Below, piece after piece: positions 1 through 10,959 of a DNA stretch of 64,000 nucleotides (within the stretch, counting starts at the first letter, position 1; every line of letters starts with the position of its first letter). The notes below the pieces were generated by a model that ran no database searches, had not been told where the DNA came from, and saw nothing but the letters and a program-made list of their open reading frames with translations. Both the position numbers and the translations under genes were made by a program. Source of the stretch: Candidatus Eremiobacteria bacterium. Its GTDB lineage: Bacteria > Vulcanimicrobiota > Vulcanimicrobiia > Vulcanimicrobiales > Vulcanimicrobiaceae. The stretch spans positions 1,728,001 through 1,792,000 of the forward strand of contig CAVTRC010000001.1 of assembly GCA_963737065.1 (NCBI GenBank), read 5' to 3'.

Positions 1-1610
<1,610 letters not shown>

Positions 1611-1623
1611 TTGCGCCGCGCCG

Positions 1624-3709
1624 TTAGCGCAACTTGAATATCGCGACCACATCTCCGTACGCGTACCCCAGCTGAAAATTGCCTCCCGCCGCGACCGCAA
1701 TGTACTGGGTGCCGTTGACTTCGTACGTAACCGGCGGCGCGTTCACGCCAGCGCCCAATTCGTATCTCCATACACGCCGGCCCGTGGTCGCGTTAAAGGC
1801 ATCGAACCATCCGTTGCCTTCGCCCATAAACACGAGGTTGCCGGCCGTTGCAAGTGCGCCGCCGATGAGCGGCTGCGGCGCAGTATATTGCCACGCGATT
1901 TTGCCGGTATCCATGTTGACCGCAACAAACGGCCCGTTCTGAATCCCCTGCTTCGCAACGTTCGTGAACGCGCTGCCCAAGCGGATTTGTCCCGCTGCGG
2001 CGTTCGGTTCTTGCGTCGTAAAGGTCATGAGCTGGTTCATCGCAAGCACGTACATGTTATGCGTCTGCGGCGAGTATGCCGGCGGCGACCACTCCGCGCC
2101 GCCGTTGGCGCCGGGAAGCATGTCCACGCCGGCCTTCGTTGGTTGCGAAAACATGTTCCTCGACATCATGACGTATGGTGCCGATTTGCGGATAAGATTC
2201 CCGGTGCGTCGATCGACGATGAAGATCCACCCCACCTTCCCCGCTTCGCCGGCCGCCGGGATCGTTTGTCCGTTTTCATGCGCGTCGAATAAAATGACGT
2301 TGCTGACCGCATCGTAATCCCAGACGTCGTGCTTGACCTCTTGGTAGTACCATTTCAACGCGCCGGAATTAACGTCGAGCGCGACGATCGAGTCGCTGTA
2401 GAGATTGTCGCCTTGACGCGAGGCGCCGAAGAGATCCGGATTTGGATTTCCGGTCGAGAAAATCAGTAGTCCGAGCGTCGGATCGATTGCCGGCGTGGTC
2501 CACACCATCGCGCCGCCGGTTTTCCACGAATCACCGGAGTATGTTTTTGGATCGGTCGACCACCATTGCCATTTCTTCGCTCCGGTGTTCGCGTCATATG
2601 CCGCGACGAATCCGCGAACCGCCCACTCGCCGCCCGCGCTGCCGACGATCACGTTGCCGCGATAGAGTTGCGGCTGCATCGTTTCGCTGTAGCCCGCGCT
2701 TGCATCGGCAAGGTTGCGCTGCCAAAGCAGCTTGCCGGTCGCGGCATCGAGCGCAAGGAGATTGTCGTCGAGCGTAACGGCGTACACTTTTCCGTATCCG
2801 ATCGGCGACGCCGCGGTTTACCGGACCGCAGCAGATTTGAAACTGCCCCAGGTTATACGTCATCGTCCAATATGTTTCGCCCGTCGCCGCATTGAGTGCG
2901 AAGATTTTCATTTGATTGTTGACGACCGGCGTCGTGATGTACATCACGCCCTTGACGACGATGGGGGTCGTCTCGAAGCTCTCGGGCATTCCGGTTTGCA
3001 CGATCGCTGCGGGCGCAAGCGAAGCGACGTTCGAAGTGGTGATTTCGCGCAACGGCGAATACCGTTCGTTGTCATACGTGCGTCCGCCGAGCAGCCAGTC
3101 TTGCGTGTCGCCGGCGGCGCTTGCCATCATGCCGTCCGACACGTTGACGCTCACCGGCGGTGTCGCAAACGTTACGGTCGTTGGTGCCGCGACGCGAATG
3201 ATTTCGTTTGTATTCGGAAGCGGGCTTCCGTTCTTCGCAAGGCGTTTCGTCGCGTTCTCAAATTCCACGCTCGAAAGCGTCGTTGCATCAAGTGCATGGT
3301 TGCCGCTCGGATATCCGTTTTGCGCAAGAATGTATGCCGTAACGGCGAGATACTGATCTTTGCTGAGCGTGCCCGGCGCGTTCGCCGGCATCTGCTTGCT
3401 GATGAAGTCATAGAGCGGTGCGCCGTTACCATAGCCTTCCAGCGACTTGGCAAAGCGCGTGCCCGTCAATGACGGCGCACTCTGCCCCTGTAATCGCGCG
3501 CCGTGACATTGCGCGCACTTGCCGGAATAGATCGTCGCCCCGGTCGAGGCTTGATCCTCGGTGTAGTAGCCTGCGGCGATCGTTTGCTGTTCGGGCTGCG
3601 ACACGCTTTGGTCTGTCTGTTGTTGTGACGCGCACGACGCAAGAACCGCGAGTAGCACGAAGGCGAGAGCGCGGATTCGCGTCAGCTCTATCCCGTCACG
3701 GTTCTTCAA
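1624..3709 (-). pseudogene. Lipoprotein with N-terminal cytochrome c fused to a PQQ-dependent alcohol dehydrogenase, split by a 1-nt frameshift near 2803-2805 (real lesion or sequencing error)
   Basis: GGAGG then TTG start at 3709; lipobox-like LASC; CAQCH haem motif with downstream Met (QMP); PQQ-ADH motifs RYSPL, ETTPIV and CCGPVNRGVA. The protein continues in another frame as IGYGKVYAVTLD, GGEWAVRG, TGNPNP, WDYD and tryptophan-docking repeats. Confidence 0.85.
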
Positions 3710-3815
3710 CACGTCCTCCAATCTCGCCACGAGAAACATTACGCAACCGAAATCCATCGTCGGAAACGCTCGTCGCCGGCTAGCCCGAGAAGCGTCTCTT
3801 CGTCGATCCGCGCAA

Positions 3816-3844
3816 TTGCCTTTGGGTTTGTCAGGGGGTATAGT
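3816..3844 (+). promoter_or_regulatory. Housekeeping sigma promoter of the dcw operon
   Basis: TTGCCT (3816-3821), 17-nt spacer, TATAGT (3839-3844). Confidence 0.7.
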
Positions 3845-3868
3845 GGTGAGAAGTGGTGTTTGGTGGTG
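3843..3868 (+). promoter_or_regulatory. MraZ operator (direct repeats)
   Basis: GTGGTG at 3843, 3853 and 3863 with exact 10-bp period, just upstream of mraZ. Confidence 0.8.
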
Positions 3869-3883
3869 CCGTGGGGAGGATCT

Positions 3884-4327
3884 TTGCAGACGGACCTGCC
3901 GCGCTTTACGGGATCGGTGGAGCACGCCCTAGACGAGAAGGGGCGGCTAATCGTCCCCGCGCGCTTTCGCGAACGGCTAGGAACCGGCTTCGTCATTTCG
4001 ATTGCCGAGCCGGAGCCGTGCCTCGTCCTCTACCCGGCGCCGGCGTGGGCGCAGGTGTGCGCGCGTTTAGAGGAAGCTCCGCGCAAGGACGAGCGATACC
4101 GCCGTCTCGTCCGGCACATCTTCGCCCACACCGAGGAAGTCGCGTGCGACGCGCAAGGCCGCCTGCTGATCCCCGCGGCACTGCGCTCGTACGCCGGCAT
4201 CACTCGTGACGTCGTCTCGGTTGGCTCCCTCACCCGGGTCGAGATCTGGGCGAAGGAACGCTACGCCGAGTATGCCGCCCCTGGAGGCGAGGTTGCGGAC
4301 CTTATGGCCGACCTCGGACTGTACTGA
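3884..4327 (+). CDS. mraZ: Division/cell wall cluster repressor MraZ
   Basis: LDEKGRLIVPARFR and DAQGRLLIP repeats; TTG start after GGAGG. Confidence 0.95.
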   Translation: MQTDLPRFTGSVEHALDEKGRLIVPARFRERLGTGFVISIAEPEPCLVLYPAPAWAQVCARLEEAPRKDERYRRLVRHIFAHTEEVACDAQGRLLIPAALRSYAGITRDVVSVGSLTRVEIWAKERYAEYAAPGGEVADLMADLGLY

Positions 4328-4342
4328 TGTGGTGCGTGCGTA

Positions 4343-5212
4343 GTGCACCAATCGGTTCTGCTCGCCCAATCACTGGAGTCTCTGGCGATCCGGCCGGATG
4401 GGACTTACGTCGATGCAACGTTCGGCGCGGGTGGCCACTCGCGCGCGATTTTGCAACGGTTGCGTGGTGGCCGTCTGATCGCGATCGACGCGGATCCCGA
4501 AGCCGCGGATCGGGCCCGCGCGATCGACGATCGCGCATTTATCTTCGTTCCTGCCAATTTCTCGGAGCTGCGTCGCGTGCTCGACGAGTGTGGAATCGAG
4601 TTAGTCGACGGAGTCCTCTTCGATTTGGGGGTATCGTCGATGCAGCTGGATGACGGGCAACGCGGGTTTTCGTTTCGCGAAAGCGCGCCGCTCGATATGC
4701 GCATGAACCCGTACGTGGGTCGAAACGCCTATGAGATTCTTGCAACGGTTTCCGAACGCGAGCTCGCGGATATTTTCTTCACCTATGGCGAAGAGCGGGC
4801 TGCGCGGCGCATCGCGCACGCGATCGTCGAACGCCGTAACGAAGGGCGGCTTCCGAAAACGACGCTCGAGCTTGCTGCAATCATCTCCGGGGTCGTGCAT
4901 CGCCCAGGCAAACGCGAACGCATTCACCCAGCGACGCGCGTGTTCCAGGCGCTGCGCATTGCGGTCAACGACGAGCTCAACGTGCTGCGCGAAGGGCTCA
5001 GTGCGGCGATCGATCGTTTGTGCACCGCGGGCCGCGTCGTTGCGATCAGCTTCCATTCGCTCGAAGATCGGATCGTCAAACAGACGTTTCGCGACGACGA
5101 GCGCCTCGAGGTTTTAACAAAGAAGCCGGTCGTCGCCGACGATGCGGAAACGGCTGAAAACCCACGAGCGCGCAGCGCAAAGCTGCGCGCCGCCCAACGG
5201 AAGGCAAGCTGA
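4343..5212 (+). CDS. rsmH: 16S rRNA m4C1402 methyltransferase
   Basis: DATFGAGGHS, DLGVSSMQLD, FHSLEDRIVK, NPRARSAKLR. Confidence 0.97.
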   Translation: MHQSVLLAQSLESLAIRPDGTYVDATFGAGGHSRAILQRLRGGRLIAIDADPEAADRARAIDDRAFIFVPANFSELRRVLDECGIELVDGVLFDLGVSSMQLDDGQRGFSFRESAPLDMRMNPYVGRNAYEILATVSERELADIFFTYGEERAARRIAHAIVERRNEGRLPKTTLELAAIISGVVHRPGKRERIHPATRVFQALRIAVNDELNVLREGLSAAIDRLCTAGRVVAISFHSLEDRIVKQTFRDDERLEVLTKKPVVADDAETAENPRARSAKLRAAQRKAS

Positions 5213-5218
5213 GCGACG

Positions 5219-5674
5219 ATGGCACTCGCGCAAACGGCATACGCGCCGCAACAGAAACCACGCATTCCTAATCCGCGTACCGCGCGCAACGCAACTGAAA
5301 AGCGCATCGTGAAAAGCCACCGGGCGCGCTACGCCTCGCTCGTTCGCGTTGCAACCGTGATTGCACTCGTGCTTACGGGCTTAATGGCATACGTTATGCT
5401 GACCTCGAACGTCACGAGCTTGACGTACGCCGTAGCAAAGGCGCATCACGAGCGCGACGCTTTGCAACGGCAAACGGCGCGTTTGGACGATCGCATCGCC
5501 ACCGCGCGTTCAGACGAACGTCTGGCCGTGATGGCGCGCAAGTTGCACATGGGCGATCCGCAGCTCTTTGCGGCCGTTCACTTGCCCGCGCAACAAATCT
5601 CGACGTCCCATCTTGCGGTGATCGACTCAATCGCAAGTTGGTTCACACCCACCTCACGGGTCGAGCCTCATTAA
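5219..5674 (+). CDS. ftsL: Probable cell division protein FtsL
   Basis: Single TM followed by coiled coil; lies between rsmH and ftsI. Confidence 0.65.
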   Translation: MALAQTAYAPQQKPRIPNPRTARNATEKRIVKSHRARYASLVRVATVIALVLTGLMAYVMLTSNVTSLTYAVAKAHHERDALQRQTARLDDRIATARSDERLAVMARKLHMGDPQLFAAVHLPAQQISTSHLAVIDSIASWFTPTSRVEPH

Positions 5675-5679
5675 GGAAC

Positions 5680-7449
5680 GTGGCTGCTAAAAGCCTCGGT
5701 CATCAGCGACAGTTCGCGCGCGTCGGGCCGATGCGCGCGAAAGTGTTTTTTTATATCTGCGCGCTGATTGCGCTGTTTCTGGCGTGGCGTCTGTGCAAGG
5801 TACAGGTTTTGGACGGGCCGCAGCTTGCGCGTTTGGCTCTCGCGCAGCGCTCGGACACCGTGGAGGTCTTCGCGCGCCGCGGTACCATCACGGATCGCGA
5901 CGGCAACGTGCTCGTGCGGTCGCTCCCCTCTGAGAGCGTCTATGCCGTGCCGCACGATATCGTCGATACGGACTCGACGATCGTCAAGCTGCAGCGCCTC
6001 TTCGGCAAATTATCGCCCGCGACGGTCGATGCGTTACGCGACAAGAAGTTGTGGTTCGTCTGGATCGCGCGCAAAATTCCAAGTGACGTCGCGGATCGCG
6101 TGCGCGCGCTCGAACTCCCCGGCGTGCAGTTGCAGGAAGAAGACACCGGCAAACGCGTCGACATGGCGGGCAAGACGGCGTCGACGCTGCTCGGATTCGT
6201 CGGAACCGATGAAAACGGGCTCGACGGGCTGGAGTACTCGTTCGATTCAGTTCTCAAAGGCCAATCGGGCCGTGTCACGCTTGAAGCCGATGAATTCGGA
6301 CGGCCGATTCCCTTTGGGCACCAGCACGTCGTCAAAGCGGCGCAACCAGGCCTCAACGTCGAGTTGACGCTCGATCCGTACCTGCAATTCGTCGCAGAAG
6401 AAGCCCTGAGCGAACAGGTAACGAAATATCATGCGCTCGACGGTACGGCGATCGTGATGAATCCGTGGACCGGCGAAATCGTTGCCATGGCGAATGTCCC
6501 CAACTTCGATCCCAACCATTTTTGGAAATACAAACAGAACGATCTGCGCGACCGCGCGGTCACCGATGCCTACGAACCGGGCTCGACGTACAAACTCGTG
6601 ACGGCAGCTGCCGCACTCGAATCCGGAAAGGTAACACTCCAATCGCGCTTCCCGGCGCGCGACGCGATCGAAGTGGGCGGGCACGTCATTCACAACGCCG
6701 ACGACGACATGCCTGCGATCGGCGGGACGGAGACGCTCGAACAAATCATTCAATATTCGCACAATGTCGGTGCCGCGGAAGTCGGCATGGCGATCGGCGC
6801 GCGCACGTTCTATGACATGGAACGCAAGGCGGGATTCGGCGGTCCGACCGATGTCGAGCTTCCGGGAGAGAATCCGGGGATCGTTCCGGATCCGAAGGAT
6901 TGGAGCGATTCATCTCTTGCGACGATGTCCTTCGGCCAAGGCGTGTCGGTCACGCCGATTGCGATGGCGCGCTATTATTGTGCGATCGCAAACGGAGGAG
7001 TGCTGATGCGCCCGCGCGTCGTACGCGCGATCACCGATGCGCAAGGGAAAACGGTCTACACGTATCCGCCGGAAATCGAACATCGCGTCTTTTCGGCGAA
7101 GACGGCCGCCGAATTGCGCGGCTTCCTGCGTGCGGTCGTCTTACACGGTACGGGTGATCCAGCAGCGCAAATTCCCGGTTATTCGACCGCTGGGAAGACG
7201 GGCACGGCCGAGATGGTCGTCAACGGTTTTTACGAGCCCGGTTGGTATGCGGCGTCGTTCATCGGGTTCGTTCCCGCACAACGTCCGCGTTACGTCGTAT
7301 ACGTAAAAGTCGAACATCCGATCGGATCGTATTACGGCGGCGTGGTTGCTGCGCCGGCGTTCACGAAGATTGCGCGTGCGGCAATGCTGCATGACGGTGT
7401 GCTGCCGGCAGCGTCCCCGACGCCAAACGCCGGGCCGCACAAGCCGTGA
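5680..7449 (+). CDS. ftsI: Class B penicillin-binding protein (FtsI/SpoVD-like)
   Basis: RGTITDRDG, EPGSTYK (SxxK), SHN, KTG. Confidence 0.93.
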   Translation: MAAKSLGHQRQFARVGPMRAKVFFYICALIALFLAWRLCKVQVLDGPQLARLALAQRSDTVEVFARRGTITDRDGNVLVRSLPSESVYAVPHDIVDTDSTIVKLQRLFGKLSPATVDALRDKKLWFVWIARKIPSDVADRVRALELPGVQLQEEDTGKRVDMAGKTASTLLGFVGTDENGLDGLEYSFDSVLKGQSGRVTLEADEFGRPIPFGHQHVVKAAQPGLNVELTLDPYLQFVAEEALSEQVTKYHALDGTAIVMNPWTGEIVAMANVPNFDPNHFWKYKQNDLRDRAVTDAYEPGSTYKLVTAAAALESGKVTLQSRFPARDAIEVGGHVIHNADDDMPAIGGTETLEQIIQYSHNVGAAEVGMAIGARTFYDMERKAGFGGPTDVELPGENPGIVPDPKDWSDSSLATMSFGQGVSVTPIAMARYYCAIANGGVLMRPRVVRAITDAQGKTVYTYPPEIEHRVFSAKTAAELRGFLRAVVLHGTGDPAAQIPGYSTAGKTGTAEMVVNGFYEPGWYAASFIGFVPAQRPRYVVYVKVEHPIGSYYGGVVAAPAFTKIARAAMLHDGVLPAASPTPNAGPHKP

Positions 7450-8894
7450 GCGTTGCCTTGAAGATGCTGCTCGATCGTCTTCCGGCCAGCACGCAGGTCG
7501 TCGGCGATCCCGACGTCGCCGTGACGAATCTCGAAATCGATTCTCGCAACGTCCGGCCGGGATCGCTTTTTATCGCCGTACGCGGTGAGCACGTCGACGG
7601 GCATGTTTTTATCCCGGATGCGATTGCAAAGGGCGCCGTTGCAGTCGTTGCGCAGAATCGTGGTATCGCGCGATCCGCCGCGACGCTCGTGTACGTTCCC
7701 GACTCGCGCCGCGCGCTCTCCTCGATCGCGGCGGCATTTTACGGGAATCCGTCGCGCGCGCTCGACGTGATCGGTGTGACCGGGACGAACGGAAAGACGA
7801 CGACGACGCACATGGTAGCTTCCATGTTGAACGCCGCCGATCGGAGTTGCGGGATCATCGGGACGGTCGGTGCGGACTTCGGACGCATGCACTGGCAACT
7901 GTCGAACACGACGCCGCTTCCGCCCGAGTTGCACGAACTGCTCGCGCAGATGCGCGACCGCGGCGCGCGAGCGGTCGCGATGGAGGTGAGCTCGCACGCG
8001 CTCGCACTCGATCGCGTCGAGGACATTCACTTTCGGGTCGGCGTGCTGACGAACGTTACGCGCGACCACCTCGATTTTCATGGGACGCTGGAAGCGTATG
8101 CCGCGGCGAAACGCCGCCTTTTTAGTATGTGCGACGCTGCGGTGATCAACGTCGATGACGAACACGGCGCGCGCTGGGCCGATGAACTGCGGCGCAAGAT
8201 CCCGACGCTGACGTATTCCCTCAAGCGCGGTGCGGATCTCGTTGCAACCGATATTGAAGTGAGCTCGAAGGAGAGCCGCTTCAACGTCGGCGGCAAACCG
8301 ATCACTTTGTTGATTCCCGGGCGCTTCAATGTCGCAAATGCGCTCGCCGCGATCGGCGTTGCGTCTCACCTGGGTATACCCTATGAAACGGTCGAGCGCG
8401 CATTGTGGACGATTGCGAGCGTTCCCGGGCGCATGGAGTATGTCGGCGACAACGTCATCCACGCGATTGTCGATTACGCGCACACGCCGGACGCGCTGTA
8501 TCAAGCGTTGTGGGCGCTGCGCGAAGCGACGAGCGCGGTGTCGGTCGTGTTCGGATGCGGGGGCGATCGCGACAAAGGCAAGCGCGTCGAGATGGGACGG
8601 ATTGCTGCCGAACACGCGCGGCGCGTCTATGTGACGAGCGATAATCCACGCAGCGAAGATCCGATCGCAATCATCGCCGAAATAGAACGTGGTATTGGCG
8701 ATCGCCCGCACGTCATCGAACCCGATAGAAGGCGCGCGATCGAGCGCGCAATCGAGGAGGCCGCGCCGGGCGAAATCGTGTTGATCGCCGGTAAGGGTCA
8801 CGAGAAGTATCAGATCGTCGGCGATCAGACGCTGCCCTTCGATGATGCGGATGTTGCGCGAAGCGCGATTCGTTCGCGGAGATTGCGAAAATGA
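7446..8894 (+). CDS. murE: UDP-MurNAc-dipeptide--meso-DAP ligase
   Basis: GTNGKTT, MEVSSH, DYAHTPD and the DAP-type DNPR motif. Confidence 0.97.
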   Translation: MSVALKMLLDRLPASTQVVGDPDVAVTNLEIDSRNVRPGSLFIAVRGEHVDGHVFIPDAIAKGAVAVVAQNRGIARSAATLVYVPDSRRALSSIAAAFYGNPSRALDVIGVTGTNGKTTTTHMVASMLNAADRSCGIIGTVGADFGRMHWQLSNTTPLPPELHELLAQMRDRGARAVAMEVSSHALALDRVEDIHFRVGVLTNVTRDHLDFHGTLEAYAAAKRRLFSMCDAAVINVDDEHGARWADELRRKIPTLTYSLKRGADLVATDIEVSSKESRFNVGGKPITLLIPGRFNVANALAAIGVASHLGIPYETVERALWTIASVPGRMEYVGDNVIHAIVDYAHTPDALYQALWALREATSAVSVVFGCGGDRDKGKRVEMGRIAAEHARRVYVTSDNPRSEDPIAIIAEIERGIGDRPHVIEPDRRRAIERAIEEAAPGEIVLIAGKGHEKYQIVGDQTLPFDDADVARSAIRSRRLRK

Positions 8895-10273
8895 CGCTGA
8901 CGTTCGGCGCTGCGGTTGACGCGACGCACGCAACGGTGTCCGGCACAGAGCACGCGCCGAACGAGGTTCGCGTCGTCACCGATACGCGGGCAATCGCACC
9001 CGGCGATACGTTTCTTGCGCTTCGCGGCGAACGGTTCGACGGACATCGCTACGTCGGTGAAGCGGTTGCGAACGGCGCGGTTGCGGTCATTATCGACGAC
9101 CCGAGCGTGCGTCCCACGTCGACAACGGCGCTCGTGGTTGCCGATACGTTGAAGGCGTACATGGCGCTCGCACGCGCCGCGCGCAATCGTTTCCGCGGCC
9201 GCGTCCTGGCGATCACCGGCAGCACCGGAAAGACGACGACGAAGTCGTTCGTCGCGCAGCTGCTCGCGCTGCACTATGGCACGCGCGTGCTCGCCGCGCC
9301 GGGAAACGAAAACAATCAGATCGGCGTCAGCAAGTTGCTCCTCAATGCCGATAACCATCGCCACGATGTACTCGTCGTCGAAATGGGCGCGCGTCACTTC
9401 GGAGAGATCGCCCAACTCGTCGAGATCGCGCGTCCGCACCTCGGCATTTTGACGAACGTCGGTGACGCGCATCTCGAGATCATGGGCTCGCGAGAGCGAC
9501 TCGAGGAGACGAAGTGGGCGCTGTTTTCCGCCGGCGCGCAAGCGGTGATCAATGCCCGTGATATCGCGTCGATCACGCGCGCGCCGCGACTCGCGCATCG
9601 GCCGCATTGGTTTTACGCCGGCAGCGACCGTTCCGAGATCCCTACGAGCGGGCGCGTTACGGCGATTTGCGATAACCGCTTGATCGATTTTGATATCGAA
9701 ACGGGGCACGATCGCGACGTTCGTGTCGATATCCGCGTGCCCGGCGCTCACAATCGTGAGAACCTTGCTGCGGCGGTTGCCGCAGCGGTTCACTTCGACG
9801 TCGATCTTGATGCGATAGCGGCTGCCATACCAAAACTCGCAATGCCGGAAGGCCGCTACGAACGGATGCAACTACCGTCCGGAATCACGCTCATTTTTGA
9901 TGCGTACAATGCGAACACCGCCGGGATGATCGCCGCGCTCGACGCATTCGCGCAAGAAGAAGCACGGCGCCGTATTGCTTTGCTTAGCAGCATGGCGGAG
10001 CTTGGTGAATCAGCAAGCGAGCTGCATCTGCGCGTCGGCGCGCACGCTGCCGAAACGCAAGTAGACGTCATGCTGGTAGGCGGCGAGTTCGCAGACGAAC
10101 TGTCGGCTGGAGCCGTGCGCGCGGGTCTTTCATCCGAGCGCATCGTTCCGTTTGCCTCGAACGCACAGGCTGCGCAGTGGGTTCGAACGAATGCGCGCGC
10201 GGGCGATGCGGTTTTACTCAAGGGCTCGCGTAAATATCGTCTTGAAGAGATCGTCGAGGACTTGCGCAAGTGA
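8891..10273 (+). CDS. murF: UDP-MurNAc-tripeptide--D-Ala-D-Ala ligase
   Basis: GSTGKTTTK, DAYNAN, LKGSR. Confidence 0.96.
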   Translation: MTLTFGAAVDATHATVSGTEHAPNEVRVVTDTRAIAPGDTFLALRGERFDGHRYVGEAVANGAVAVIIDDPSVRPTSTTALVVADTLKAYMALARAARNRFRGRVLAITGSTGKTTTKSFVAQLLALHYGTRVLAAPGNENNQIGVSKLLLNADNHRHDVLVVEMGARHFGEIAQLVEIARPHLGILTNVGDAHLEIMGSRERLEETKWALFSAGAQAVINARDIASITRAPRLAHRPHWFYAGSDRSEIPTSGRVTAICDNRLIDFDIETGHDRDVRVDIRVPGAHNRENLAAAVAAAVHFDVDLDAIAAAIPKLAMPEGRYERMQLPSGITLIFDAYNANTAGMIAALDAFAQEEARRRIALLSSMAELGESASELHLRVGAHAAETQVDVMLVGGEFADELSAGAVRAGLSSERIVPFASNAQAAQWVRTNARAGDAVLLKGSRKYRLEEIVEDLRK

Positions 10274-10959
10274 CACTAGCCGTAACGCGTAGCGAAGTGC
10301 CGCCCGGCCTGGTTGCGATCCCCGTGCGAACGCGTCTCGTGCGTCCGAACGATGATTTCGTGTCGCTCGTTGCCGAGTGCGTGCGCGGCATTGCGCGTGA
10401 AGGCGACGTGCTTGCCGTTTCGGAGACCGCGGTCGCGATCGCGCAAGGTGAATTCGTCCCGGCCGAATACATTCGTCCCTCGATGCTTGCGCTTGCGCTC
10501 TCACGACGCGCCGGCGCGCTCGCAACGATCAATCAACCGGAGTCGTTGCAACTCGTCATCGACGAAGTTGGCCCGTGGAAGGTCGTGTATGCAGCGCTGA
10601 TGCACGTGCTCGCGCGCGTGCGCGGTAGACGCGGTGCGTTTTACGAAATCATGGGCGATGCAATCACGGCGCTCGACGGATACACCGGTACGCTGCCGCC
10701 GTACGAACGTGCGATCGTCTTTGCGCCGCGCGAGCCCGACGCGTTCAGCGAAGCGGTGTTCGAGCGGGCGGGCGTCGGATGCGCGGTCGTCGATGCAAAC
10801 GACTTGGAGAAAGCCAAGGTTCTCGGTGCGTCGCGCGGCGTGAACCGCCAGACCGTCGAACGGGCGCTGCTCGACAATCCACACGGCAACGGCGACGAGC
10901 AAACGCCGATCGTCGTGCTGAAGTGGCGGGCGGAGGGAGCGAATCCGCTGTGGATCTGA
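10270..10959 (+). CDS. CofE-like (F420-0:gamma-glutamyl ligase family) protein
   Basis: GDVLAVSETAVAIAQG, LDGYTGTLPPY, VVDANDL and DNPHGNGDEQTP resemble the bacterial CofE-like family (recognised by eye). Overlaps the murF stop and the mraY start. Confidence 0.75.
   Translation: MTLAVTRSEVPPGLVAIPVRTRLVRPNDDFVSLVAECVRGIAREGDVLAVSETAVAIAQGEFVPAEYIRPSMLALALSRRAGALATINQPESLQLVIDEVGPWKVVYAALMHVLARVRGRRGAFYEIMGDAITALDGYTGTLPPYERAIVFAPREPDAFSEAVFERAGVGCAVVDANDLEKAKVLGASRGVNRQTVERALLDNPHGNGDEQTPIVVLKWRAEGANPLWI

Noticed and set aside
2785..2815. Programmed ribosomal frameshift in the PQQ gene
   Set aside because: No recognisable slippery site at the inferred junction; a single-base indel is simpler.
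3843..3875. Short direct repeats as CRISPR or iterons
   Set aside because: 10-bp-period GTGG repeats before mraZ match the known MraZ operator type.
7332..8933. 533-aa antisense ORF and similar long shadow ORFs (8825-9871, 14135-15061, 47320-47886, 48545-49468, 53507-54877)
   Set aside because: They lie opposite well-conserved genes, show no motifs, and are expected from GC-rich codon bias.
10270..10959. Evidence of an F420 biosynthesis locus
   Set aside because: No cofC, cofD or fbiC neighbours; the context is entirely cell wall synthesis.
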